Source of the DNA: Gammaproteobacteria bacterium
GTDB lineage: Bacteria; Pseudomonadota; Gammaproteobacteria; Eutrophobiales; Eutrophobiaceae
Direction: 5' to 3'
DNA: 64,000 bases
NCBI GenBank assembly: GCA_021773215.1
Contig: JAJFKM010000041.1
Span: 1,099 to 65,098 of the forward strand
Shown in pieces: positions 30,418 through 41,284 of this stretch (position 1 is the stretch's first letter; each line of letters starts with the position of its first letter). The notes beneath the pieces are model-generated. The model was not told the origin of the DNA and searched no databases. It was given only the letters and a program-made list of their open reading frames with translations. Position numbers and translations under genes: made by a program.

Positions 30418-32949
30418 TTGAAAAAAGATGATGATCGTTCTATTTCAACTAGATCTACCTATGTAATTACATTCTTACTTGGTCTTGCCTTTAGCATTAC
30501 GCTGCTGCAAAGCACATGGGATACCGCTATTGAGCGGAAACAAAAAGACTTCCATTTTGAAATACAGTCAATTCAACAAGCAGTAGCAAGTAATGTCTTA
30601 ACGGGTAATGATGTTACTAATAATATTGCTGCTTTTATGACCTCTAATGACGAGGTCATGGCTAATCAATTTGAATCATTTACTAATAATATCCTCGAAC
30701 GTTATAAGCACATCGAAGCAATCAATTATTATTCATTTGCGGGTGATGACTGGGTTAATGAATTCCATCTAGTATATGAGTCAGCGCGTGGACAAAATAG
30801 AATCGAAATTGGTGAAGATGTTTATAGTGACCCTAGGTATGTTGATGCGATAGATACATCAATATCTACTAGCTCTGTAGTCCCCGCGCCACCAGATTTA
30901 GAGCGTGATCCGGACCGCAAGTATTGGCTATTTAAAGCAATCTATAGTGAAGATGACCATTCCTCAATCAAGAAGAAAAAATACGATGGTACTGTAAAAG
31001 GCATGGTTTCTGTCCTAGTGTCACCAACTAAATTATTAGGCAATAAAGGTGCAAATAGTAGTTTAACTATCACTATGTTTAGTGACACTTCTAATTTGTA
31101 TGGTCGGCAGTTATTGTATTTTAATGACCCAACTCAGAAGGAGACGAATAAGTCATGGAAAATTGAGACCCTTGTTGAAGAAAAGCTTATTCAACTTCCA
31201 CCTTACTCCATAAAGATAATCATTGAAAAAGATCTTTATTTTTCAGATCTTGAATATCACTTGTTGCTAGTCGCTACACTAATATGTGTAGGTATATTAA
31301 TGATGTTGTTTGGATTGGTTAGCGCAAGAATTAAGCAGGAAGAAGAATTAAAAACAAGAAATGCGGTTATTGAGAGAAAGGTAGAAGAGCAAACAAAGGA
31401 ACTTGCAATTGCGCGAGATGAGGCTCTTGAATCGGTACGTATGAAGTCAGAGTTTCTTGCAAGTATGAGTCATGAGATCAGGACTCCTTTGAATGCAATT
31501 ATTGGCATGAGTGATTTAATGTCAGAAACGCGGTTGACAGATGAGCAGAGTCGTTATGTCAGTGTGTTTAGAAAAGCAGGTGATGCCTTATTAAGTCTGG
31601 TTAACGATATTCTTGATCTTTCCAAAATTGAGGCAGACCAACTCGCATTAGAAAAAATACCATTTAATATCATGGAGCTCATTGAAGAAGTAGCGGAAAT
31701 ATATGCACTACAAGCAGCTGATAAGGGAATTGAAATCATTACACGTATTGATACGAAAATAAATGTTAATCGTATTGGCGACCCAGGCAGATTGAAGCAG
31801 ATTATTCTCAATCTGATCAGTAATGCACTGAAATTCACCGATGAAGGTGAAATTATAGTGTCGCTTTCTGCTGATAAAAAAGAAAATAATGATGAACATT
31901 TAGTTTTCTCTGTTAAAGATACGGGGATTGGAATACCAAAGGAAAAATTAGAATCAATATTTGCCAGTTTTATACAAGCTGATGCGTCAACAACACGTAA
32001 ATATGGTGGGACTGGTTTAGGATTAACTATTTCTAAGCGTTTGACTGAGATGATGGATGGGGCTATATGGGTAGAAAGTGATGAAAATAAAGGCAGTACA
32101 TTCTATGTTAACGCAGCCTTACCTGAGCAATCGCAACGTTCGATAATCAAACAGGGGTTTGCAGATAAAAATATCATTATCATTGATTCTCGAAAAAGTA
32201 ATTGTCTAAATATAGAAGAACAAATGGTTGCTTCAGGAGCAAGTTGTCATACAGCAAGTTCTATAGAAAATGTACAAGCTATTTTAAATAAGGAAGCAGA
32301 CGCTGAAATAATATTGATTGAAAGTCGCTTAGCATTTCAAGATGAAGAAATTAGTTCGCTCATATCTTCTATAGATATACGCGACAAAGTAATATTATTA
32401 GTAAATCCAAAAGATATGGCTGAGCACTCCAAGCAAGCGGCATCTTGGAAAATAAACGGAATGTTACTTAAGCCTATAAAACGCAATGAGTTGTTAAGGG
32501 AAGTTAATAAAATTATAAATAAAAAAGATGAAAGTCTTGTTGATGATATAAGAGAAGGTGGACCGAAAGAAAAAGCAACTCCAAAACATGTCTTATTAGT
32601 TGAAGATAATCCTGATAATCGCATGCTTATCAAAGCTTATTTAAAGAAAACACCATATACTTTAGATGAAGCAGAAAACGGTTCTATCGCAGTAGAGCTA
32701 TTCAAACAGAATAACTATGATTTGGTATTGATGGATGTGCAAATGCCGGTTATGGACGGTCACGAAGCGACTCGTTTAATAAGAGAATGGGAAGAAACAC
32801 ATGATAAAAGTCGCACTAAAATAATTTCATTGACAGCACATGCCATAAGAGAAGAAATTGATAAATGTCTGGCAGCAGGTTGTGATTCACACCTCAGCAA
32901 ACCCATTAAAAAAGCCACTTTATTAAGCGCCATCGAAGAGTTGAGTTAA
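30418..32949 (+). CDS. Hybrid sensor histidine kinase (CHASE-like sensor, HisKA, HATPase, degenerate plus intact REC)
   Basis: Two TMs, FLASMSHEIRTPLN, NLISNALKFT, DTGIG, GGTGLGL, VLMDVQMPVMDG. Confidence 0.93.
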   Translation: MKKDDDRSISTRSTYVITFLLGLAFSITLLQSTWDTAIERKQKDFHFEIQSIQQAVASNVLTGNDVTNNIAAFMTSNDEVMANQFESFTNNILERYKHIEAINYYSFAGDDWVNEFHLVYESARGQNRIEIGEDVYSDPRYVDAIDTSISTSSVVPAPPDLERDPDRKYWLFKAIYSEDDHSSIKKKKYDGTVKGMVSVLVSPTKLLGNKGANSSLTITMFSDTSNLYGRQLLYFNDPTQKETNKSWKIETLVEEKLIQLPPYSIKIIIEKDLYFSDLEYHLLLVATLICVGILMMLFGLVSARIKQEEELKTRNAVIERKVEEQTKELAIARDEALESVRMKSEFLASMSHEIRTPLNAIIGMSDLMSETRLTDEQSRYVSVFRKAGDALLSLVNDILDLSKIEADQLALEKIPFNIMELIEEVAEIYALQAADKGIEIITRIDTKINVNRIGDPGRLKQIILNLISNALKFTDEGEIIVSLSADKKENNDEHLVFSVKDTGIGIPKEKLESIFASFIQADASTTRKYGGTGLGLTISKRLTEMMDGAIWVESDENKGSTFYVNAALPEQSQRSIIKQGFADKNIIIIDSRKSNCLNIEEQMVASGASCHTASSIENVQAILNKEADAEIILIESRLAFQDEEISSLISSIDIRDKVILLVNPKDMAEHSKQAASWKINGMLLKPIKRNELLREVNKIINKKDESLVDDIREGGPKEKATPKHVLLVEDNPDNRMLIKAYLKKTPYTLDEAENGSIAVELFKQNNYDLVLMDVQMPVMDGHEATRLIREWEETHDKSRTKIISLTAHAIREEIDKCLAAGCDSHLSKPIKKATLLSAIEELS

Positions 32950-32967
32950 TAATACTTTCACTAAAAT

Positions 32968-32985
32968 CGTCTCAGAAAAACGACG
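32968..32985. promoter_or_regulatory. Candidate enhancer (GTC-N10-GAC, GlrR-box-like)
   Basis: CGTC-TCAGAAAAAC-GACG about 155 bp upstream of a sigma54 promoter. Confidence 0.45.
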
Positions 32986-33137
32986 GAATTTACAATAAAT
33001 TCAACGCTACACAATCATAAATCACCTACTATGATTTTAATGTCATAACTAGATTAAATACCTAAGCCATTGTTCTTACTTAGTTTAAGAATTCTATTTT
33101 CATACTCAAACCCCTCATTTTAAATATTTTTGTTTGA

Positions 33138-33152
33138 TGGCACATTGATTGC
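33138..33152 (+). promoter_or_regulatory. Sigma54 (-24/-12) promoter
   Basis: TGGCAC-ATTGA-TTGC matches the consensus exactly. Confidence 0.8.
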
Positions 33153-33195
33153 GATAGTCCTTGTAATTCGGAATTAACTACAAGAGAGAATTCGC

Positions 33196-33633
33196 ATGAT
33201 AAAGCTATTTGGATTCAGGATTACACCATTCTTCCTTTTCATTATGAGTATGGAATGTTTGTCTTTGCTGGTTTGTTTCTATTTAGGAATTTTACTCTAT
33301 AGAGGTACACCAACATTCGTTTCGCCTGAAACAATTGATAGCATACTCTATTCTGGAATCGTTCTATTGCTTCTGATTTCGTTGTTAACGCCAGGTTTTT
33401 TCTCACAAGTTAATGTAATAAATCATATTAAAAAGACGTTCAATGAAAAAATAATAGGCTTTTTAGCTGCATTATTCACGATGACAGTCATTGTTTTTTC
33501 CAATGCTGAAAAACTGGATGCAAAGACAATATTTGCCGCTGCTATCTTAAGTGCTTGCGTTGGATTATGTGTTACGCAAGTGGGATTGTTTGGGAAATAC
33601 TGGCGCTTTTTAATTCGCTCGGGAGTGAATTAA
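33196..33633 (+). CDS. 4-TM membrane protein resembling the N-terminal domain of exopolysaccharide priming sugar transferases
   Basis: MIKLFG…ECLSLLVCFYLG N-terminus and four hydrophobic helices; no catalytic domain. Confidence 0.55.
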   Translation: MIKLFGFRITPFFLFIMSMECLSLLVCFYLGILLYRGTPTFVSPETIDSILYSGIVLLLLISLLTPGFFSQVNVINHIKKTFNEKIIGFLAALFTMTVIVFSNAEKLDAKTIFAAAILSACVGLCVTQVGLFGKYWRFLIRSGVN

Positions 33634-34205
33634 TGTATAAGTTTGCTTATGGTTTTAAATTTTTCGTGTGCAGCATCTCGCAACCACTCAAACAGAACTG
33701 ATTCAGTATTTAATAAACTGACGTTTGCTTGTTTCAAACGTGTTAACGCGGATTCATAGCTTGTGAATTCTCGAGAAGCAATGGCATCAATTACGACATA
33801 AACCTCAAATCCTGCTAATCGCAAGTCAATTGCACTTTGGAATATACAAATATGCGCTTCGACCCCGGTAATTATAATTTGTTTCTTGTTGAGTAAAGTT
33901 AAATGCTTTGTGAATCCATCGGCACCTAAGCAAGAAAAACGAGTTTTTTCAAAGGTGGTCGCAGAGTTAGTCAGGTTCTCTGTAATAAAGGCTTCAGTTG
34001 TTCCCAGGCCTTTAGGATATTGTGCAGTGCTTATAACTGGAACATTCAGTTCATTTGCAGCATTCAATAATATAGCTGTGTTTTTTCTCAAGCGATTTAT
34101 TACTTTATCCGGTATAGCGCTGGTTAACTTTTTCTGAACATCAATGATGACGAGACAGCTATCATCAATATTACATAAGAGATTTTGATTGTTTTTAGTT
34201 GTCAT
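33630..34205 (-). CDS. Isochorismatase-family hydrolase
   Basis: IIDVQ, QYPKGLG, KTRFSC, GVEAHICI. Confidence 0.9.
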   Translation of the reverse strand: MTTKNNQNLLCNIDDSCLVIIDVQKKLTSAIPDKVINRLRKNTAILLNAANELNVPVISTAQYPKGLGTTEAFITENLTNSATTFEKTRFSCLGADGFTKHLTLLNKKQIIITGVEAHICIFQSAIDLRLAGFEVYVVIDAIASREFTSYESALTRLKQANVSLLNTESVLFEWLRDAAHEKFKTISKLIH

Positions 34206-35540
34206 TTATTTCGTTAACCATGCATTTATTAGTTCAAGATCTTCTGTAGACAGTGTTCCTGCTGCTTGCTTAAGGTTTAGCGTGTCTATTATATACTCGT
34301 ACTTGGCCTGACTATAATTACGTCGCGCTTCGGATGTTGTACGTTGTGATGCCACAACATCAACAGCAGTTCGGGTTCCGACTTCAAAGCCTGCTTCAGT
34401 CGCTTCTAATGCAGTTTCACTTGATACAACTGCTTGTTTTAATGCTTTTACTCGGCTTATACCTGATATCACGCCCAGGTAGGCTTCTCTAGTAGAACGT
34501 TGTGCTGAACGTCTTGCTCGTTCAAGAGAATACATGGCGATATTATAATTTTCATGTGCTTCTCGAGTTTGAGAGCTAACTATCCCGCCTGAATAGATTG
34601 GAATATTTAACTCAAGACCAATGGATGTGGCATGTTGTTTTGTAGAACCAAAACGACCGCCTGAAGAGTCATATGTTTCTGCTGCTACCAGATCAAGAGT
34701 AGGCAAGTGCCCAGCAGATTGTCGCTTTACTTCATTCCGAGCCGTTTCAGTAGCGTGACGCGATGCGATGACACCTAGGTTTTGATCTAAAGATAATTGT
34801 GTCCAACTTTCTATAGCTTGAGGTTCAGGGCTGACTAGTGACATGGCGTCACCTAATTGATTAAATTCTGTTATATAGTTACCCGTTAATTCACGCATCG
34901 CTTCCTGCGCATTATCTATGGCATTTGATGCCTGAATCTCTTGGGCCACAGCCAAGTCATATCCTGCCTGCGCCTCATGAACATCAGTAATAGCACTTAA
35001 ACCAACCTCAAACCGTTGGTTAGCTTGTTCAAGTTGACGGCTGAGTGACTTAACTTCCGCCTGAGCAAACTCAAGGCTATCTATATTGGCAAGAATATCG
35101 AAGTAACGTTCGGCTATGCGAATTATTAGTTCTTGTTGTGCCTCAATGAGCTCTGCCTCGGCTTGCTTTATTTCACTGCCAGCCTGATCTAGAGCGATAA
35201 TTCTGTCGCGCCTGAATATTGGTTGCGTAATACTTAATCGATACCCGCGGCTGTTGAAATTAACTTCGCCACTGGAACCAACTGCTGCGCCGCCGGCAGA
35301 AATATCCTGGTCATTTCTAACTGTATCAGCACTAAGGTTTATAGACGGAAGCAGTTGTGACAGAGCTTGCGGGCGTGATTCTAGCGCCACACGATGTGTT
35401 GCTAAGGCCTGCATATATTCCTGATCATTCGTCTCAGCCAGTTTATACACATGCAATAAATCTGCGCCAAAGCCATTCATCGATAGTAAGAGGCTCGACG
35501 CAAGAAAACATGATTTTGTTATAAGACTATATGTATTCAT
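34206..35540 (-). CDS. tolC: TolC-family outer membrane channel
   Basis: Signal peptide, RFEVGLSAITDVHEAQA, GFEVGTRT. Confidence 0.92.
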   Translation of the reverse strand: MNTYSLITKSCFLASSLLLSMNGFGADLLHVYKLAETNDQEYMQALATHRVALESRPQALSQLLPSINLSADTVRNDQDISAGGAAVGSSGEVNFNSRGYRLSITQPIFRRDRIIALDQAGSEIKQAEAELIEAQQELIIRIAERYFDILANIDSLEFAQAEVKSLSRQLEQANQRFEVGLSAITDVHEAQAGYDLAVAQEIQASNAIDNAQEAMRELTGNYITEFNQLGDAMSLVSPEPQAIESWTQLSLDQNLGVIASRHATETARNEVKRQSAGHLPTLDLVAAETYDSSGGRFGSTKQHATSIGLELNIPIYSGGIVSSQTREAHENYNIAMYSLERARRSAQRSTREAYLGVISGISRVKALKQAVVSSETALEATEAGFEVGTRTAVDVVASQRTTSEARRNYSQAKYEYIIDTLNLKQAAGTLSTEDLELINAWLTK

Positions 35541-35584
35541 ACAGAGAAATTCTTACCTGATTTATTTTTGTTATAAGTTATTTA

Positions 35585-35902
35585 TCAATATTGAGCCATA
35601 TCTACATCAACAGATTTGGCCCAGGCATCAACGCCACCTTCAAGATTTGTGATATTACTATAATCTTTACCTTCTAAATAACTAGCTACTTGAAAACTAC
35701 GCATGCCGTGATGACAAATAACGATTATTTCATCATCTGGGTTAAATTCATTTAGCATTTGTTCTATGTTAGACATGCTAATATTTGTGGAGCCTTCGAT
35801 ACTACATAAATCGTACTCCCATGCTTCACGCACATCGAGTAAACGCGGTTTTTCACCTGCATCGAGTTTTGTTTTAAGTGTCGCTGGAGATATTGATTTC
35901 AT
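35585..35902 (-). CDS. Rhodanese-like sulfurtransferase
   Basis: LLDVRE, CHHGMRS, NLEGGVDAW. Confidence 0.92.
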   Translation of the reverse strand: MKSISPATLKTKLDAGEKPRLLDVREAWEYDLCSIEGSTNISMSNIEQMLNEFNPDDEIIVICHHGMRSFQVASYLEGKDYSNITNLEGGVDAWAKSVDVDMAQY

Positions 35903-35908
35903 AAACTA

Positions 35909-36562
35909 TTAGAATTCAAACGCGTCTTTTTGTTTTGCTCCAATCAATGCGGGCAAATCAGTTTCAAATAAACTTTCATATGACCAGCTAGATTCATTTT
36001 GCTTTGTATATAGCCGCGCTTCCATCGCAGGTGACTCGCCAACTATGACAAACAGACGCCCATGGTCATTCAATAAACTTAAAAAACGCTCATCCATTGT
36101 TGCTAATGAAGCAGTGAATACAGCGATATCATAGCGTTCTGCTTTTTCTAGTAGTGAATATGCATCACAGCTTTCGAGTTCGATATTGGTTAATTTTGTT
36201 TTTGCTATTATTTTACTCGCTGCATCAATAAAGTCTGGGAAAATATCGACACTTTTAACTTGCCTAGCAGAGCTTGCGAGCAGTGCTGTGAGATAGCCGC
36301 AACCGGTTCCAATTTCCAGTACGGACTCATCAGGTTTCACATCCAATGATTGTAGAATCCGGGCTTCGAATTTCGGAGCCATGGTGGTTTGATCATGCCC
36401 AATTGGAATAGATGTATCCGCTAGGGCGAGATTCTTATATGCGTCAGGGATAAATTCTTCACGATGAATTTCGTTTAATAGATCCAGTACATCCTGATCG
36501 AGTACTTCCCAAGTTCGAATTTGTTGTTCAATCATATTGAAACGGGCTTGTTTAAAATCCAT
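35909..36562 (-). CDS. Protein-L-isoaspartate O-methyltransferase family (tolC-linked copy)
   Basis: ARFNMIEQQIRTW, LEIGTGCGY. Confidence 0.9.
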   Translation of the reverse strand: MDFKQARFNMIEQQIRTWEVLDQDVLDLLNEIHREEFIPDAYKNLALADTSIPIGHDQTTMAPKFEARILQSLDVKPDESVLEIGTGCGYLTALLASSARQVKSVDIFPDFIDAASKIIAKTKLTNIELESCDAYSLLEKAERYDIAVFTASLATMDERFLSLLNDHGRLFVIVGESPAMEARLYTKQNESSWSYESLFETDLPALIGAKQKDAFEF

Positions 36563-36627
36563 ATCTTTATATCTCTTAGCGTCTAGTTAAATGTTGTTGT
36601 AGTTAGTAATCGTATTATATAGCATGT

Positions 36628-36712
36628 CACCAAGCTAGGGGCGCCTTTGTGGGCTGAGATTGACCCTTGACCTGATCTGGTTAGTACCAGCGTAGGGAAG
36701 CAAGCATCTTGC
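36628..36712 (+). promoter_or_regulatory. TPP riboswitch
   Basis: GGGG…GCTGAGA…ACCC…ACCTGATCTGGTTAGTACCAGCGTAGGGAA upstream of thiC. Confidence 0.93.
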
Positions 36713-36747
36713 CATTGGCGCTCGTAATTATAATTCTTTTAATATGA

Positions 36748-38643
<1,896 letters not shown>

Positions 38644-38669
38644 TTTGCTGTTTTAAAAGCACTGAACTC

Positions 38670-39962
38670 ATGGAACTCGATAGCCTCATCGAGAAAACAG
38701 CGGATCCCGATGCCACAGCAAACCGACTGCAAGCACTGCTCGATAATGAGCAGTCTGCTCGCATAATTGATGGCTTCACAGATGATCAAAGATCGGGATT
38801 GATACAAATACTCGGAATATCTCGATTTCTATCAAATTTCTTGAGTCGATACCCGGATGTTGTTGCTTTAATAGGATCTCCGTATCAGGCCCGGGAAATT
38901 AATCATATCGCTGATGTTAAAGAGCTACGGCTGTTTAAATATCGTTCTCTATTACAAATTACATGGATGGATGTTTGTAATACTTGCCCGTATGAAACCG
39001 TGTTATTTAATTTAAGCCATTTGGCAGACTCAATAATCCAAGTTGGTCATAGAATAGTGGCTAAAGATTCTAATGATTTTGATTACAATAATGACATCGC
39101 CATCATGGCATTGGGAAAACTTGGTGCAAACGAATTAAATTTCAGTTCTGATGTAGATATTCTTTTTGTGCTTCAGGATAGCGATGATCAAAAACGTCAT
39201 GAAATGCATAAGTACTACACCCAGCATATACGTCGATTTTGTCGCTTATTTACAGATAATACTGAAGATGGTTTTTTATATCGAGTTGATCTAAATTTAA
39301 GGCCATGGGGACGCAGTGCGCCGTTAACATTCTCTCTCGATGAATATGAAGAATATTATCAATCATCCAAAGAGACATGGGAACGAATTGCATGGCTACG
39401 CGGGCGTTTTGTTGCTGGTTCAAAAGAACTAGGTAATGAAATGGTTTCCAGACTAAAACCATTTGTATATCACAAAAGTTTGAGTACAGAAGACATAGAC
39501 CGTTTTTTCAAGATAAAAAGTGATATGTCTGCGCAACGAGAAAAAGAAGGACACTGGAATATAAAGCTGGGCGCAGGTGGCATAAGAGATATAGAGTTTT
39601 TTGTGCAAATGCTGCAAATAATCAATGGTGGACATCATCCTGAACTACAGGTCACTAGTACAGTAGAGGTATTAAAAAAATTAAATCATTTCGGTTTTAT
39701 CAATCATGAAGAAATAACTGAATTAAAAGAAAGTTATATCTTTCTACGCAGGCTCGAGAACCGATTGCAAATGATTGACGAGCAACAAACACATCAATTG
39801 CCTAATGATAAGGTAAAGCTTAAACAAATCACAAGAATGATGGGTTATGCAGGTGAAAGTATTGATGATGCCTATGCAGATTTTAATAATGATTTAATGC
39901 TCCATCAAAAAATTGCGACAAAATATTTTGAAACATTATTAACAGAAAATGCTGATTTCTAA
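38670..39962 (+). CDS. glnE: GlnE N-terminal-like (adenylyl-removase) nucleotidyltransferase domain as a separate gene
   Basis: GKLGANELNFSSDVDILF, YRVDLNLRPWG, WER, NIKLGAGGIRDIEF, LRRLENRLQ. Confidence 0.85.
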   Translation: MELDSLIEKTADPDATANRLQALLDNEQSARIIDGFTDDQRSGLIQILGISRFLSNFLSRYPDVVALIGSPYQAREINHIADVKELRLFKYRSLLQITWMDVCNTCPYETVLFNLSHLADSIIQVGHRIVAKDSNDFDYNNDIAIMALGKLGANELNFSSDVDILFVLQDSDDQKRHEMHKYYTQHIRRFCRLFTDNTEDGFLYRVDLNLRPWGRSAPLTFSLDEYEEYYQSSKETWERIAWLRGRFVAGSKELGNEMVSRLKPFVYHKSLSTEDIDRFFKIKSDMSAQREKEGHWNIKLGAGGIRDIEFFVQMLQIINGGHHPELQVTSTVEVLKKLNHFGFINHEEITELKESYIFLRRLENRLQMIDEQQTHQLPNDKVKLKQITRMMGYAGESIDDAYADFNNDLMLHQKIATKYFETLLTENADF

Positions 39963-41284
39963 TGAATGATTCTCCTGAAATAAAACAGGCACTGTCCACG
40001 GCATGGCATTCGGAAACTGCTGCGAACAGCATTGAACGTTGGTTAGATCTCTGTCAACAAGAGGGCTGGGAGATGACTGTTGATGCATTAACGCTTATGA
40101 CCTCTTTATTTGGCGCGAGTTGGTATTTCACTCGTTTTTGTTTTTATCGAGGCAATAACATTATCAGCTTATTCGATAATGATGCGCAAAAGGTTGCTGT
40201 GATTGAATCATCATTAGATGATTTAAAAAATATAGCATCGGCTGGTTCATTGGATGAAGCCATTGAACGATTAAGGATTCGAAAAAATGAAATCATGTTA
40301 TCTATCCTGCTACTGCAACTGGGTAGCGTGGTTGATCAGGAGCAAACAGAGGCTTTATTAACACGACTTGCAGAAAATGTATTGATAGTCATGTACAGAT
40401 TATTTGGCCTTGATCAGCTTGAAACGATTCAGTGTAGTGTTTTAGCAATGGGTCGTTTTGCTGGAAATGAGATGAATTACGGTTCAGATCTGGACTTGAT
40501 CTTTATTGAAAAAGTGATGGTTAAAAATAGTGATGAGTACATTGTCAACAAGGTTAGAAAAATGTTGCGCTATATCGCTACTACGGATCCTTCAGGCGCA
40601 CTGTATGAAATAGATATGCGATTAAGGCCCCATGGAAATTCCGGGGTCTTAGTAACACGACTAGAGAGCTTCTTGAAATATCATCAAGCTGATCGTGAAG
40701 TTTGGGAGCGACAATTGATGACTCGTTGTCGAGTCGTTTTGGGGAATTATAATTTATCAGAGCAAGTTAATAATGAAGTAATGAATTATGTCTATGGTGA
40801 ATATGAAGTATCTTATCTTGCCAAGGAAATTATAAAAGTACGTTTGTTAGTTGAGCAAGAACTTGCTGGTGGCAGTGATAAGATAGATCTAAAGCGAGGT
40901 AAAGGCGGGGTCATGGATATTGATTTCTTGACACATTTTTTCCAGCTTGCTTTTGGTGCTAAATATCCACAATTGAGAAGTACAAGCACGCGCCAAGTTT
41001 TAAGGGAATCATCAAAGCTAGGTTTTATCAATGAAAAAACTGTGGTGGAATTATCTGCTTCTTATGATTTTTACAAAAAAAGTGAAGCAGCATTACGCGT
41101 GTTCGATATGAAGTCGATCAGTAATGTCACTAAAGACACGAAGTCTTTATTGCCGCTAGCAAGAGCATCAGCTTTTTTTAATGACGATCATGATAAGGCA
41201 GTAGCTGAATATCTGGATAGATTGATGCTATACCGGGACAGGGTACGTCAAACGTTTGAATCTATACTCCACGCCGCAATTTAG
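39962..41284 (+). CDS. glnE: GlnE C-terminal-like (adenylyltransferase) domain as a separate gene
   Basis: GRFAGNEMNYGSDLDLIF, LYEIDMRLRPHG, WERQ, DLKRGKGGVMDIDF. Confidence 0.85.
   Translation: MNDSPEIKQALSTAWHSETAANSIERWLDLCQQEGWEMTVDALTLMTSLFGASWYFTRFCFYRGNNIISLFDNDAQKVAVIESSLDDLKNIASAGSLDEAIERLRIRKNEIMLSILLLQLGSVVDQEQTEALLTRLAENVLIVMYRLFGLDQLETIQCSVLAMGRFAGNEMNYGSDLDLIFIEKVMVKNSDEYIVNKVRKMLRYIATTDPSGALYEIDMRLRPHGNSGVLVTRLESFLKYHQADREVWERQLMTRCRVVLGNYNLSEQVNNEVMNYVYGEYEVSYLAKEIIKVRLLVEQELAGGSDKIDLKRGKGGVMDIDFLTHFFQLAFGAKYPQLRSTSTRQVLRESSKLGFINEKTVVELSASYDFYKKSEAALRVFDMKSISNVTKDTKSLLPLARASAFFNDDHDKAVAEYLDRLMLYRDRVRQTFESILHAAI

Noticed and set aside
26182-33633. Genomic island integrated at tRNA-Pro
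   Set aside because: No integrase and no tRNA-Pro 3' duplicate seen in the window.
35909-36562. Two pcm genes as a recent duplication
   Set aside because: pcm-rhodanese-tolC and surE-pcm-nlpD are both common, distinct paralog contexts.
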